Positions 31,301 to 41,325 of a stretch of 64,000 nucleotides of DNA are shown piece after piece. Source of the stretch: Candidatus Dojkabacteria bacterium (GTDB lineage Bacteria; Patescibacteriota; Dojkabacteria; JAOAGR01). Every line of letters begins with the position of its first letter. Within the stretch, counting starts at the first letter, position 1. The notes beneath the pieces are model-generated. The model was given only the letters and a program-made list of their open reading frames with translations. It was not told the origin of the DNA and made no database searches. The translations under genes were made by a program, and so were the position numbers. The stretch spans positions 602,561-666,560 of the forward strand of contig AP026679.1 of NCBI GenBank assembly GCA_025999155.1. Direction: 5' to 3'.

Positions 31301-31419
31301 AAGTTTTAGAGCAAGATTTAAAGATGACTTATGAGTCAATCTTATCATTTGATTTTTCTAGAACAGAAGATCGTGGCATTTGTAAAAATTGTCCTTTTCG
31401 TAATCATTGTGGGAGATAA
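28339..31419 (+). CDS. UvrD/PcrA-type helicase fused to a C-terminal PD-(D/E)XK nuclease (AdnAB/AddAB-like)
   Basis: AGPGTGKT, VDEFQD, VGDDDQ, NYRS, TAHSAKGLEF, ERRLFYVAVTR; GRID..VIDFKT; Cys plus C-x2-C-x5-C. Confidence 0.88.
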   Translation: MQDLFLQKYNELNENQKKAVDKIYGPVLVLAGPGTGKTQVLALRIANILRQTGDDPKSILCLTFQESSVFAMQKRLEKFIGAAAYKVQISTFHSFCSEIIRTFPELFDFSDKVEPVKDIDKLSIFADILESESLISLQMRGDKLGYFKGIADAISNLKKEFISPNQFLEIIRSFEASLDSDALKREQKRLEKLYDLQKFYVKYLEVMQNRNLIDFDDMIFRVTEQFSINESLVKFFQEKYLYTLVDEFQDTNNAQLEVLKAVARFEYLDTNVFAVGDDDQTIFRFQGVNSKNFERFLELFPKSEIIVLQTNYRSKQEIIDAASNLIANNPNRLVDHELLKSRNLNKNFTSGYKNSDFSDDIEVHIFEHSFHEDYWIGQKILELSKQGIKLNDIAIIVRKNNQMPNITKFLDRFGIPYTIKRSESLLASKYIRHLLLIVEVIASADALQDDNKMWQLLSLEYFGFNAFDVLELLHKAKKSKVSIYDFVVNDTTDQYLSIRELIHKLIALQNYALNNSFAFTFVKIIHTLELLKFFEKLPDPYVELNKISSLYQYIQSRTNFLKKYSIHDFLTEVKLMEDRDIPLPVDPIDIDLDNKVNIITAHSAKGLEFRKVFIYQAVENKWEKYRGLNTGIKLPPLNTPRFTDDTDNTEIDERRLFYVAVTRGKDSVYVTYSKRYFDAETGEVDTDEKTPSRFISEMNVSKHIEHTDLVQKHLEITKLLLEENSPLQISDQNKSYLRKLITQDLSLSATRINKYQKCHYKFLLEDIYKVPVYDSVHAILGNLVHDGIRSMYIKRNHGRLNDDALFEIINSQIQNLQHRLDLGMIIEEQTSYDVLKNDLEKSLKIYYEYLLHNPIKYLRSEQWIRGVIDGIKIIGRIDLLAEDDYGLVVIDFKTSQNIPSIYEFLGLGKRSDKTHLRQILFYKLLIDSAINHVTLFKNKSVNRLRLEYIDIKAGTVKVIEVPTQGIFEYKLRSNSKTTKLHDIDMEIKVLEQDLKMTYESILSFDFSRTEDRGICKNCPFRNHCGR

Positions 31420-31476
31420 TTTGTAATTATGATCTGCGAGTTGTTAAACTACATATATATTTATTAAGAATTAAAT

Positions 31477-32142
31477 ATGGGGAACGATGTGATAAATCAA
31501 AGTAACTCATTTTATTTGACACCTGAGCCTGAATCTAAGATAAAGATTTTTCTTCGTAGAATTTTTAGTCGAATAGGATGTGTGTTCCAGGTTTTGGTGA
31601 TTTTGGTGTGTGTATTAGCTTTGCTGTATTTATTTATATTCCCTGTGAACATAGTTAATGGTAGATCTATGGATCCAAATTTTTGTTCGAATGATGTTTA
31701 TTTGACTTATAAACTGAATATGTATTTTTCAGACCAGCCTTTACAGGTTGGTAATGTCATAGCTTTCAAACACTCGGAAGGAAGTTATTTTATAAAAAGA
31801 GTTATCGGTATACCTGGTGATGAAATAATGATCTTGAATGGTAAAGTCTATCGAAACGGCTTGGTATTAGAAGAACCTTATTTACCAGATGGCCGATATA
31901 CTGCGACTAAACCGGGTGGTTTCATTAATGAAGGGGAAGTTGTGAAAATACCAAAAGGCAAGTATTTTGTGTTAGGTGATAACAGACAACATAGCATGGA
32001 TTCAAGAGATTTTGGGCCTATTGACTTGCTAGCGAATGAAATAAATGGTCATGTGGTATTTGTAATTTGGCCTTTAAGTCGAATGCGATTTTTCAGTGAA
32101 AATCAAGCTTTTCCAGAGAACGAATGCGCTAATATCAATTGA
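31477..32142 (+). CDS. lepB: Signal peptidase I
   Basis: G.SM.P, IKRVIG.PGD, GDNR..S.DSR.FG. Confidence 0.93.
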   Translation: MGNDVINQSNSFYLTPEPESKIKIFLRRIFSRIGCVFQVLVILVCVLALLYLFIFPVNIVNGRSMDPNFCSNDVYLTYKLNMYFSDQPLQVGNVIAFKHSEGSYFIKRVIGIPGDEIMILNGKVYRNGLVLEEPYLPDGRYTATKPGGFINEGEVVKIPKGKYFVLGDNRQHSMDSRDFGPIDLLANEINGHVVFVIWPLSRMRFFSENQAFPENECANIN

Positions 32143-34106
32143 TATTTGAATATTCAATGTCTGATTTAGACCGGTTAAAAGGTATTGGTGACCGAACACT
32201 TAAAAAACTTGCAAAATTAGGCATCTTTTCGATAAGGGATTTGGTGTATCATTTCCCACGTAAGTTTATTGATCGTCGTCGTGGTTTGAGGATTGCTGAT
32301 TTATTGTCTATCGACAATGAAGATTATCATAGTATTGGGCATATTATTAAGTTACAAGGAATACGTTCCAAAACAGGTAAACCTTTGACTAAAGCTATTA
32401 TAAAAGATGAAACTTCCTCAATTAACGTAATATGGTTTAATAGCCATTATGTAAAAAAAATCGTTGATGTAGGTGATCGAGTAATCATCTCAGGATTGTG
32501 CGAAAAGGGGCGTCTCATCAATCCTAAGATTCGTAAATATACAAGTGATCAGGATTTAAAAGAATTTGCAATTCTTGAGGCTATTTATCCAGAGACTAAA
32601 AGTCTTTCTTCAAAAGTGCTAGCGAATTTAATCAAACATATTTTTGATTTTAATCTGTTTCGTGAAGATGAAATATTATCTCCAATGATAATGCAAGCAG
32701 AAAATCTAATGGATATTAATTCTGCATTAAGAACCATGCATTTTCCTCAAGACATACAATCTTGGCATAGGGCACGAGAAAGGATAGCTTTTGATGAGAT
32801 TTATCGTATTTTATTAGAAGTGAAACAACGTAAGGAAGAAGCCGTAAAATATCAATCATTTAAATTCTCTATTGATGAGGTAGCTCATACAAAATTGATG
32901 GAGTCATTGCCCTTTACATTGACGGACTCTCAAGCTAATGCGATACAAGAAATATATACAGACCTACAAAAATCAATCCCCATGCATCGGTTATTAAATG
33001 GAGATGTTGGTTCAGGTAAAACTATAGTTGCAGCGTTTGCAGCAATGCAGGCTATTTGTAATAATAAGCAAGTTATTTTTCTAGCTCCTACTAGTATTCT
33101 TGCGAGCCAACATTACCAGTTTTTTCAAAAAATATTTCAAGATTTTGATGTAAATATACATCTGATAACCTCAAATACTAAATCAAACGTAGCAAAACTA
33201 AGGAAACACGGTAACCGTTTGGGGGACAAGGAGATTTTTATAGGAACTCATGCTTTGCTTTTTAATATGGACTTATTTCATAATGTCGGTCTTGTTATTA
33301 TTGATGAACAGCATAAATTTGGAGTGAAACAGAGGGAAACTCTTGAGATGCTCAGATTAGAATCGAATCTAGTCTGCTTACCTCACGTCTTATCTATGTC
33401 CGCTACTCCTATTCCGAGGACTTTGGCTTTAACTTTATATGGAGATTTAGATGTTTCTATTCTTTATAAGCCTAGCGTCAGAAAGCATGTTATAACAAAA
33501 TGTATTTATGATGAGGATATTCAAGAAAAAATGTATGAGTGGATTCGTCATGAAATTCGGACGAAAAAATATCAGGTATATGTAATATGTCCTTTAATTG
33601 AAGAATCAGAAAAATCGGATATGAAATCCGCGATACAGGAATATAACAATCTACAAAAACGCTATCCAGAATTCAATATAGCTCTTCTACATGGTAAAAT
33701 GAAAGGCTCTGTAAAAGATCAGATAATTCAGGATTTTAGAGAGGGAAAGATTAATATTTTAGTATCAACGTCTGTAATAGAAGTTGGTATAGATAATCCT
33801 AATGCGGTAATTATGATAGTGGAAGGTGCTGATAGGTTCGGACTTGCTCAGTTACATCAAATTAGGGGACGAGTTGGACGTTCTGATATTCAGTCATATT
33901 GTTTTTTGAAGACAACAAATAATATCAGAGCACCACATTTAGAATTTTTTGCAGAAAACCATGATGGATTTATTGTAGCTGAATATGACTTGCAAAGACG
34001 TGGCCCTGGAGAAGTGTACGGCTATGTTCAATCTGGTATTCCAAAGCTTAAAGTTGCTAATATTTTGGATGTAGATTTTATTAAAAGGGTTAAACAGTAT
34101 CTATAA
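32139..34106 (+). CDS. recG: ATP-dependent DNA helicase RecG
   Basis: GDVGSGKT, IDEQHKFG, MSATPIPR, GLAQLHQIRGRVGR, RGPGE. Confidence 0.96.
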   Translation: MIFEYSMSDLDRLKGIGDRTLKKLAKLGIFSIRDLVYHFPRKFIDRRRGLRIADLLSIDNEDYHSIGHIIKLQGIRSKTGKPLTKAIIKDETSSINVIWFNSHYVKKIVDVGDRVIISGLCEKGRLINPKIRKYTSDQDLKEFAILEAIYPETKSLSSKVLANLIKHIFDFNLFREDEILSPMIMQAENLMDINSALRTMHFPQDIQSWHRARERIAFDEIYRILLEVKQRKEEAVKYQSFKFSIDEVAHTKLMESLPFTLTDSQANAIQEIYTDLQKSIPMHRLLNGDVGSGKTIVAAFAAMQAICNNKQVIFLAPTSILASQHYQFFQKIFQDFDVNIHLITSNTKSNVAKLRKHGNRLGDKEIFIGTHALLFNMDLFHNVGLVIIDEQHKFGVKQRETLEMLRLESNLVCLPHVLSMSATPIPRTLALTLYGDLDVSILYKPSVRKHVITKCIYDEDIQEKMYEWIRHEIRTKKYQVYVICPLIEESEKSDMKSAIQEYNNLQKRYPEFNIALLHGKMKGSVKDQIIQDFREGKINILVSTSVIEVGIDNPNAVIMIVEGADRFGLAQLHQIRGRVGRSDIQSYCFLKTTNNIRAPHLEFFAENHDGFIVAEYDLQRRGPGEVYGYVQSGIPKLKVANILDVDFIKRVKQYL

Positions 34107-34841
34107 TGATTTATATATTTCAATTTGTTCGTTCATGTAAAGTTTGACTGTTCTTGCCCAAATTCTATTGTTTTCAGGCAATGCGCAAGGAGGACAGTAT
34201 CTAGCCATCATTTTTTCTGGGTCGAAGTTCGTATCCGAATATCCTTCTGCTATACCACGCGAAACTTGGTCAACAGCGTCTTCCCAGGATGCAAAGTAAC
34301 TCCACCTACCATATTTACTTCCTCCACTCCATCCCCATGCATTATATGATGAAATATTACGATAATAAGGTATTAATCGTCCAAAAGCAGACTCAATACC
34401 TGATATTGCTGGTAATAAATACCATTTATCGCCAAAACCATATTTATCTGCGCTTTCTACAAATGTTCTAGCTACACTTGGTTGTGCCATTGGTGATTTA
34501 TATTTTTCAAGAAATATAAGCAATGCTACTACACGCTTATCTCCTGCCATATTTGACGTAGATATGTTGGTTAAGCTAAGAGGTACATTTCCAGCTAAAC
34601 TTTGATTAAGCGCAATCACTTCTTCGTAGTTATTACCCAGCCCAAAACCGATTGCTTCAGCTTTCTCTGATCGATTGTAATAAACGATGGTAGAAAGAGA
34701 GACTAATAGAGCGAGCACAATCAGACTGGTTACAATCGAACGAACGCGCTTAGAAAACTGATTTTGATAGCGATGATTAATACCGTTCCTTATTTCTAGT
34801 AATTTGATTGGATTGACTCGGTCTTCAATCAAGTTATTCAT
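34101..34841 (-). CDS. Membrane-anchored lysozyme/glucosaminidase-like protein
   Basis: N-terminal TM; LLPAISGIESAFG, NAWGW, F.SWE.A, Y.PP. Confidence 0.6.
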   Translation of the reverse strand: MNNLIEDRVNPIKLLEIRNGINHRYQNQFSKRVRSIVTSLIVLALLVSLSTIVYYNRSEKAEAIGFGLGNNYEEVIALNQSLAGNVPLSLTNISTSNMAGDKRVVALLIFLEKYKSPMAQPSVARTFVESADKYGFGDKWYLLPAISGIESAFGRLIPYYRNISSYNAWGWSGGSKYGRWSYFASWEDAVDQVSRGIAEGYSDTNFDPEKMMARYCPPCALPENNRIWARTVKLYMNEQIEIYKSL

Positions 34842-34957
34842 ATCTGTATATAATATACGATAGAGTTTTTTTAAAAAAAGTAAAGTATCTTATACTTTTG
34901 AAACATACGGCAATTTTGTATGATGGTACAACAGATTTGATTAGAGATTGAGAGAGT

Positions 34958-36439
34958 ATGCAGCTATATAAATATAGAGTGATCAACGATGAAAATCTAA
35001 TTTCATACGTTCAGGGTTTTACTTCAACTCAAGTAATTTGGCAGGATTACATGTATGTTCCGACACGATCTCTTTTTGGCCAGGGAGATTTATATGACGA
35101 TAAACAGTTTGCACGTCTAATGTGTTTAACTGACGGAGAATATGCTCAATTAGTAGATAAGTTTTTGGGTCATTCGCAAAATAACGTCCACGATGATTTA
35201 GATTTACAAAGTAAAAGACATAAATTGGCGATGCTTGAGCAAAAGGCTAAATATAGCCGTTATCACATCAATAATCAACTTAGTCATATCTCTCGAGAAT
35301 TAGCTGATCTTGAAAAGTATCTGCATCCTTATCTAGGCCTGCTAGAAAAGGAAAAACATATATTAAATGCATATTCGCGATACAGACATTTGTCTAGATT
35401 TAATTTACAAAAAATTTATGAAGATTTAGTATCGATAAATTCAAAAATATCCGCGCTTGAATCTCAGTACTTGGAGCTCAAAGCGAAATCGATCAAACAA
35501 AATATAGTTAAATTTGAATCCGATAAAGGCAAAATAGCCCTTGGAATAGGAACATTAATAGGGATGGGCTTATTTGGAAGCGTTTTCTACATTCTCCGGA
35601 GTTCGGTCTGGATATATATGGCGATTTGGTCTATTGGTATAGTACTAGGATTATTATTTATTCTATTTTCACAACATAAAGTTGAAGAGGTAAACTTTGA
35701 TTTACGCAAGATAAATCCTGATTCAGTATTAAGAGAAATAGAAATGCTACAGGCTCGTCGTAATCAAATTTTAAATTTACTAAATTTGCATTCTGCGGAT
35801 GAGTTTTTCTTTATTAAGGCTCAATTAGCTGGCATACAAAAAGAATTAGATTATATTAGAGCTCAGAAAGAGCTGCTGGCACAACAGTTCGATGCACAAA
35901 AATTGCTGTATCGAAAGAATGAGTTAGATAAGAGAAAAAATGAAATATTAATGCTCCAATACAAAGCCAACGATATTACAACTAAAGAAATGTATGAAGA
36001 ACTACAAAAAGAAATGCGTACTCTAAGACTGGCATTATCTGCGCATGTACACATACAAACAAAAGAAAATATACTGCAGCGCCTAAAAGAAATTCGTAAT
36101 GAGTTAAAAATGAATATGAGTGGTTTTACTAGAATGCTTCAGGATTTATTAGTAAATTACATTAACGAGATCAATTCAAAAATTATTGAAATATCTACAT
36201 TAGGTATTATTAACCCTTTCAATATCGATCAAAACTTCTCAAGTTGGGATCAGTTGTCACTTTCACAGCGCGTCCTTTTATACTATTTACTTTCTAAAAG
36301 GCTATATACAGGAGTTTTGTTTCTAATTTTTGAATATTTTTTGGCTTCCAATGATGATCCCGAAAGGATCTATGTTGAAAAATTGATTAATTATTTCAAT
36401 AATGATAGTGACTTAAATCTCGTTATGTTAGAAATTTGA
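34958..36439 (+). CDS. Coiled-coil protein with two central TM helices (degenerate YhaN/Rad50-like)
   Basis: Heptad-rich arms flank two TMs; C-terminal QLSLSQR...LFLIFE...DDPER resembles a degenerate ABC signature/Walker B. Confidence 0.45.
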   Translation: MQLYKYRVINDENLISYVQGFTSTQVIWQDYMYVPTRSLFGQGDLYDDKQFARLMCLTDGEYAQLVDKFLGHSQNNVHDDLDLQSKRHKLAMLEQKAKYSRYHINNQLSHISRELADLEKYLHPYLGLLEKEKHILNAYSRYRHLSRFNLQKIYEDLVSINSKISALESQYLELKAKSIKQNIVKFESDKGKIALGIGTLIGMGLFGSVFYILRSSVWIYMAIWSIGIVLGLLFILFSQHKVEEVNFDLRKINPDSVLREIEMLQARRNQILNLLNLHSADEFFFIKAQLAGIQKELDYIRAQKELLAQQFDAQKLLYRKNELDKRKNEILMLQYKANDITTKEMYEELQKEMRTLRLALSAHVHIQTKENILQRLKEIRNELKMNMSGFTRMLQDLLVNYINEINSKIIEISTLGIINPFNIDQNFSSWDQLSLSQRVLLYYLLSKRLYTGVLFLIFEYFLASNDDPERIYVEKLINYFNNDSDLNLVMLEI

Positions 36440-38103
36440 TTTTAATTTTGCCGATGGTACAGATGTATAAATATTTGTACAAGTTATTGCTGGTATTTCT
36501 TGTTTTGTTGGCTCCAGGATTACCTCATCAGGCAAAAGCAAATAGTATTGGAGAATACAGTGCTCGGATAGAAGAAGTTAAACGTAAGCAAAATGAAACT
36601 CGTAATAAAATAAATCAGATCAATAAGACTATTCGTTCGATCACATCAACCATAAATAGTTTATCTGCCCAACTTGCTGCGTTACGTGAAGAAAAAACTA
36701 AATTAGAGGAACAAGTAAAGCTTTTTAATCAGCAAATTGAAGATCAGGAGCGTAATATTCAGGAATTTGAAAATGCTATTAAGCAAAGAGAAGCTGACGT
36801 TAAAGCCAAAGTTAATTATCTATACAAACTCAGCTTTAACAACCCAAATAGCATCCTATCTGATGAAGGAGATTTAAAAGATTTTTTTGATAAGCAATTC
36901 CAAACTAACTTCTTAATAGATCTATATACTAAAGAAATTAAAGAATTTTACGAAAAACTCGAATATGCAAAAAAATTAAGGGAACAGTTAAGCGAGGATA
37001 AAAAATTCGCCGAAGTTTCTATAAAAGATCTAGACGAAAAAATAGCATCTATTAATGATACTATTGTGCAAAATCGTGTAGCTCTTGGTCAGGCTACTCA
37101 AACTCGCAATGCTTTGAATGCTGAATTAAATACTTTGTCTGGACAGTTGCAATTTTTATCTGCAGAGCGACAAAGACTGTTACAAGCAGAATTGAACAAA
37201 ATGAGCTCAGTTGGTCAAGTTCCTAAGAGGCCTCTTGTTCCTGGTCAGTATTACTTTGAAGGTAGGGGAAGAGATCGAGTGGACGGGCATGGTTTAGGTA
37301 TGTCTCAATGGGGAGCTTATGGAATGGCTGAAAAAGGTTTTACCTATGATCAAATCCTGACGTTTTATTATCCTGGTACCGTCATTGGTGATTATAATGA
37401 ACCTGAAAAGGTTATAGTTGACGAAAATCGTGAATTATCTATCGATGAATATTTAGCTGGCATTGGGGAGGTCCCAAATAACTGGCCTGATGAAGCTATA
37501 AAAGCACAAATAGTTGCTGCGCGTACTTATCTGATGGGAGTTTGTGGATCACAAAAAGTATGTCGTATTTGTGGATCTGATAGATGTCAGGTATATGTGG
37601 GAGGTGAAGGTAAAATGCCTTTTGTACAAGCAACTAAAGGCAAAGTAATTTTATATAATAATGAGCCTATTGTTGCATATTATAGTGCTAGTCACAGGGG
37701 ATGTAGTAGTAAAATAAGCACAGTTTGGGGAGGCAGTGATCTACCATACATACAGACTGTGAGGGACGATAATTATGCCGAAAAAGACTATTACACTGAA
37801 AATCCTTACCCAGGAGAACAAAATCGAATTTATCCATATAACTGGAAATGGAGGACTAATAGCTACACTTTTAGTGATTTGAAAGATGTATTTGACCGTC
37901 ATGAAAAATTAAGAGTAGGTGATGTAGTATCTGTAGAGATTCTACATGTAGATGAGTGTGGTAGGGTTGGTAGGATAAGGATAAAAGGTACAGAAGGTGA
38001 GAAAACTCTAACTGGTTGGGATTTTCGAGCTATTTTTAATGAAGTCACTCCGTTTAATGATTTTGTCTACAGTACGGAATTTGTGTTTAAAAAAGTCGAG
38101 TAA
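36436..38103 (+). CDS. Secreted coiled-coil SpoIID/LytB-domain lytic transglycosylase
   Basis: Signal peptide, long coiled coil, GHGLGMSQWGA.GMA..G..Y.QIL.FYYPG, EYL.G..EV...WP.EA.KAQ.VAARTY, CQVY. Confidence 0.85.
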   Translation: MILILPMVQMYKYLYKLLLVFLVLLAPGLPHQAKANSIGEYSARIEEVKRKQNETRNKINQINKTIRSITSTINSLSAQLAALREEKTKLEEQVKLFNQQIEDQERNIQEFENAIKQREADVKAKVNYLYKLSFNNPNSILSDEGDLKDFFDKQFQTNFLIDLYTKEIKEFYEKLEYAKKLREQLSEDKKFAEVSIKDLDEKIASINDTIVQNRVALGQATQTRNALNAELNTLSGQLQFLSAERQRLLQAELNKMSSVGQVPKRPLVPGQYYFEGRGRDRVDGHGLGMSQWGAYGMAEKGFTYDQILTFYYPGTVIGDYNEPEKVIVDENRELSIDEYLAGIGEVPNNWPDEAIKAQIVAARTYLMGVCGSQKVCRICGSDRCQVYVGGEGKMPFVQATKGKVILYNNEPIVAYYSASHRGCSSKISTVWGGSDLPYIQTVRDDNYAEKDYYTENPYPGEQNRIYPYNWKWRTNSYTFSDLKDVFDRHEKLRVGDVVSVEILHVDECGRVGRIRIKGTEGEKTLTGWDFRAIFNEVTPFNDFVYSTEFVFKKVE

Positions 38104-38163
38104 AAGAGTTTGGAGTCCGATTTGTAGAAGTTTAGCTTGAAGAATTATGCTATAATAGATTAT

Positions 38164-38841
38164 ATGCCTGTGGATAGTAGTGGCAGAAAACTCGACTCTG
38201 GAGTTGACCAGAATGCCAATGTACAGTTGGTGTACCCTCAACAACTAAAAACGGTAGGCGGTCTGACTTCGTTAGCATCGTTTCCGTCCAATATAGGCAT
38301 TGACGGACAAAATAAAGACGAGTACATATTACTCTTTATCCGTGAACATAAGGTAATATTGGTGATTAACTTAGTCATATACTTGGTTGTATTTACATTA
38401 CCATTTTGGATTAAGGAAATTAGTTTATATATGGATAATAGTCTTTTAAATGGTTTTTTTCATATTGAAGCTTTCTTTAATACAAAATGGTGGTTGATAC
38501 TGTTGATTGGATGGACATCTTATATACTGAGTGGAATTTTTAATATATTTTTTAAATGGTTTTATAATATCAACATATTAACAACTGAGAGGTTTATTGA
38601 CATAGATTTTGAGAGTATATTTTCTAATCATATCGAAAGTACTCCTATACTCGAAATTCAAGATGTCAAAGATTCTCAGGTAGGCATTTTGCAATCAATA
38701 TTTGATATGGGTAATTTGACTATGTTGACGGCGTCTGGAGGAACAGTATTTAATTTGAGCAATGTTCCAAAAGCTTATAAAATCCGTGATTTTATCATGG
38801 ATGTGGCTATTTTAGTAAAGAATCTTAAAGGTAAGAATTAA
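38164..38841 (+). CDS. Membrane protein with bacterial PH (bPH_2-like) domain
   Basis: Two TMs then W.....ILT.ERFIDID...IQDV...Q.GILQSIFD.G. Confidence 0.65.
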   Translation: MPVDSSGRKLDSGVDQNANVQLVYPQQLKTVGGLTSLASFPSNIGIDGQNKDEYILLFIREHKVILVINLVIYLVVFTLPFWIKEISLYMDNSLLNGFFHIEAFFNTKWWLILLIGWTSYILSGIFNIFFKWFYNINILTTERFIDIDFESIFSNHIESTPILEIQDVKDSQVGILQSIFDMGNLTMLTASGGTVFNLSNVPKAYKIRDFIMDVAILVKNLKGKN

Positions 38842-38847
38842 CGAATT

Positions 38848-39090
38848 ATGAATCTTGGAAGGCTCGAAGATTTATTGATTAATCCTGATCAATTGGGAGG
38901 ATTGTTATTCAGTGCTGTAGTAATCTTTTTTTTCATCTATAGTGTAATTTTGTCGCTATTGCAGGTTCGACAGATTAACATTTTACAACGAAAAGTCAAC
39001 ACGCCATTCGATAACGGTATAAAAATCCTGACCTATATCTATTTGTTCGTACAGATCTTGCTATTTGTAATTGTTTTAGTATTACTGTAA
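38848..39090 (+). CDS. Small two-TM membrane protein (DUF5657-like)
   Basis: IYS.I....VRQI..L...V.T between two hydrophobic helices. Confidence 0.5.
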   Translation: MNLGRLEDLLINPDQLGGLLFSAVVIFFFIYSVILSLLQVRQINILQRKVNTPFDNGIKILTYIYLFVQILLFVIVLVLL

Positions 39091-39108
39091 ATTATACATA
39101 AGTTACAA

Positions 39109-41308
39109 ATGGCAGGTGAAGTGGATCAAAATAAAATATTTCCTGTTATATTCAATCACAAGTTTACACAACAGACACTTTTTTCAGTTACAAATCTATT
39201 TCAGGCTGACGGTTATGAGGTGTTTGTGGCTAGCTAGCATATATACTAGCCAATATTATCGATCTTTGGCAGAGCATCTGGAGTTTGCGTTGAAAGCAGT
39301 TGGTTGCGTTCTTTACAGCGAGCGATACTAGACATTTTGGAAAGAATGAAAAAATCGATCTTTGACTCGGGTGATAGGCTAGCATCACGTCTGATCAGAT
39401 CTCGGCTATCCAGTAGATGATGTCGATTACAGTGTTTGCATGATCGCTCTTTCGTGATGGGAGTCTTTTATGTGTGGTTAGACGGGGAGTTGAATGTGCG
39501 CATATATCGTGGAGCAAAGTTCTATATTATTAAATAAAGCAATTAAAGCCGCAGTTTTTTGGGAGCGGCACTGCCGAGCTCGGTGATATTTTTGCGATTT
39601 CATACAATGATTTTGTGCGAGCCGAAGATGACAATATTGAGGCGTATGTATTGGACAGGAAAAAACACCTGAATACCCTATATTTCTGTTAGATTATCAA
39701 ATCGATGATACCCATTCTAGTCTGGACGCAATGCGTTGATCGTGTAGAGGCCGCACATGATGAATACTGGAGCATCCGTATTAGTCACAGGAAGCTGAAC
39801 AGGAAAAAGTATCCGTCAGCATAAGAGTGTGGCTAGAATCCGACAACAAGGCTAATGATCTGAAAGCCGTCTGATAAGCAGATCTTTTGGGCAGTGTGCA
39901 TACCCGTGACGTTTTACAAAAAGTAGTTGTGTATCTCTCCGAAAGGGATATTAGTGCTAAACTTTTGGCAATTTTTGATGTCTTTGGCTTCACACGTTGT
40001 TGATGCTATATTCAAAACGATATATGGCGGTAACTCACGCCAGATTTAAGCGTTTTCAGGTTAGCCCTCTGAAAGGGTTCAGTTGCAGTATGTCTTTGTT
40101 GTTATTATTTTTGATATCGGTCTGGGTATCTGATTGTTTTCTGGTGTGAATTCGTTTACTCAAACGAATCAAGCCTATGACTCAAGGAAATAACGTTATG
40201 ACTCAAAACAATAATGGTAGTCGTGACGCAAGTTTAAGCGAAATGAGATCGAGCTCGAGATATTCCGCATTGAATCAATTTAGCTGCAGCTTATCAAGTA
40301 GATGAGTTTAACCAAAAATTAGCAGACTTTCGCAGTCTCTTGGAATCCGCTAGCGCACAAGGTTTCAAGGACGATCTGGAATATATCAAGCAAATGCAGG
40401 CGAATGTCACCCAACTGGAGGATTCTGTGTATAAGGTCACTCCGATTGCTCAAGATGGATGAAGTATTTTCTGCTCGCAAATATACCTAATGTAGATATT
40501 GTTGACTTTTCTCGGGTTGGCAATACCATTTATGCCCTTGATAGGGCAAATTCACAGGTGTCTGGTTTCAAATTCAGCTACACAACAGTTTGATGTCTTT
40601 GCTGCTGATCCTGAGCTAAAAGCTTTAAGTCATATTTCTTGTATACAAAGAAGTTGTTATCTTGTGGATGAGCAAGTAGGTATGGTCATTCTCAATCTTG
40701 AGACTCGGTCATTTAGTAAATTCTCCGCACTACGTGATGCTGGAAAAGGAGTAAAAGAAATTGCGACTTATCTAGCAGGAGATGTGGTATATATATACAC
40801 ATTAATCCCTGCCGAAGGAAAAGTTCTCAGATACCAGAGAGTCGGCGATGGTCTCAGTAAACCTGACGTGTGGAATAAGGATGCAGGTTTTGGTCCTAAT
40901 GTGTCAGATATTTGGGTGGATGGCAGTATATATGAAATGTCGAATGAAGGATCCTTGAGGAAGTTTTATACAGGGAATGTCGATCCGATAAACAGTTTTG
41001 GAGGTTTAGGTCTTGCTATGTTGCCTTTGCGTGGGGACTTACAATTAGCCATGACACCTCCACGAGATCCAGCTCCTGGTGTGATTAATAGATTGTACGT
41101 AACTGATCCTACAAATGAACGCATAGTGGTGTTTGATAGAGATCTTGATCCTCAAAAGAAGCTGAGGTTTCTTGGTTCATATAAATTTAGGGGTTCAGAT
41201 AGAATAAACTTCAGCGATCTTAGGGAAATTGACTTATCCTCAGATGAAAAATATTTGTATGGTTTAAGTAATAATATAGTTTTTAGATTCGCAGTTACAT
41301 CTCTATAA
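39109..41308 (+). CDS. Large hypothetical membrane protein with C-terminal beta-propeller-like domain, heavily frameshifted
   Basis: Intact 3' part (VDGSIY, LYVTDP.N.RIVVFD); 5' part begins MAGEVDQNKIF and breaks repeatedly across frames. Confidence 0.55.
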
Positions 41309-41325
41309 TTCGAGTTCTACACATT

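Noticed and set aside
30560-31419. Cas4/CRISPR association of the Fe-S PD-(D/E)XK domain
   Set aside because: It is fused to a UvrD helicase; no cas1/cas2 or repeat-spacer array was seen in the window
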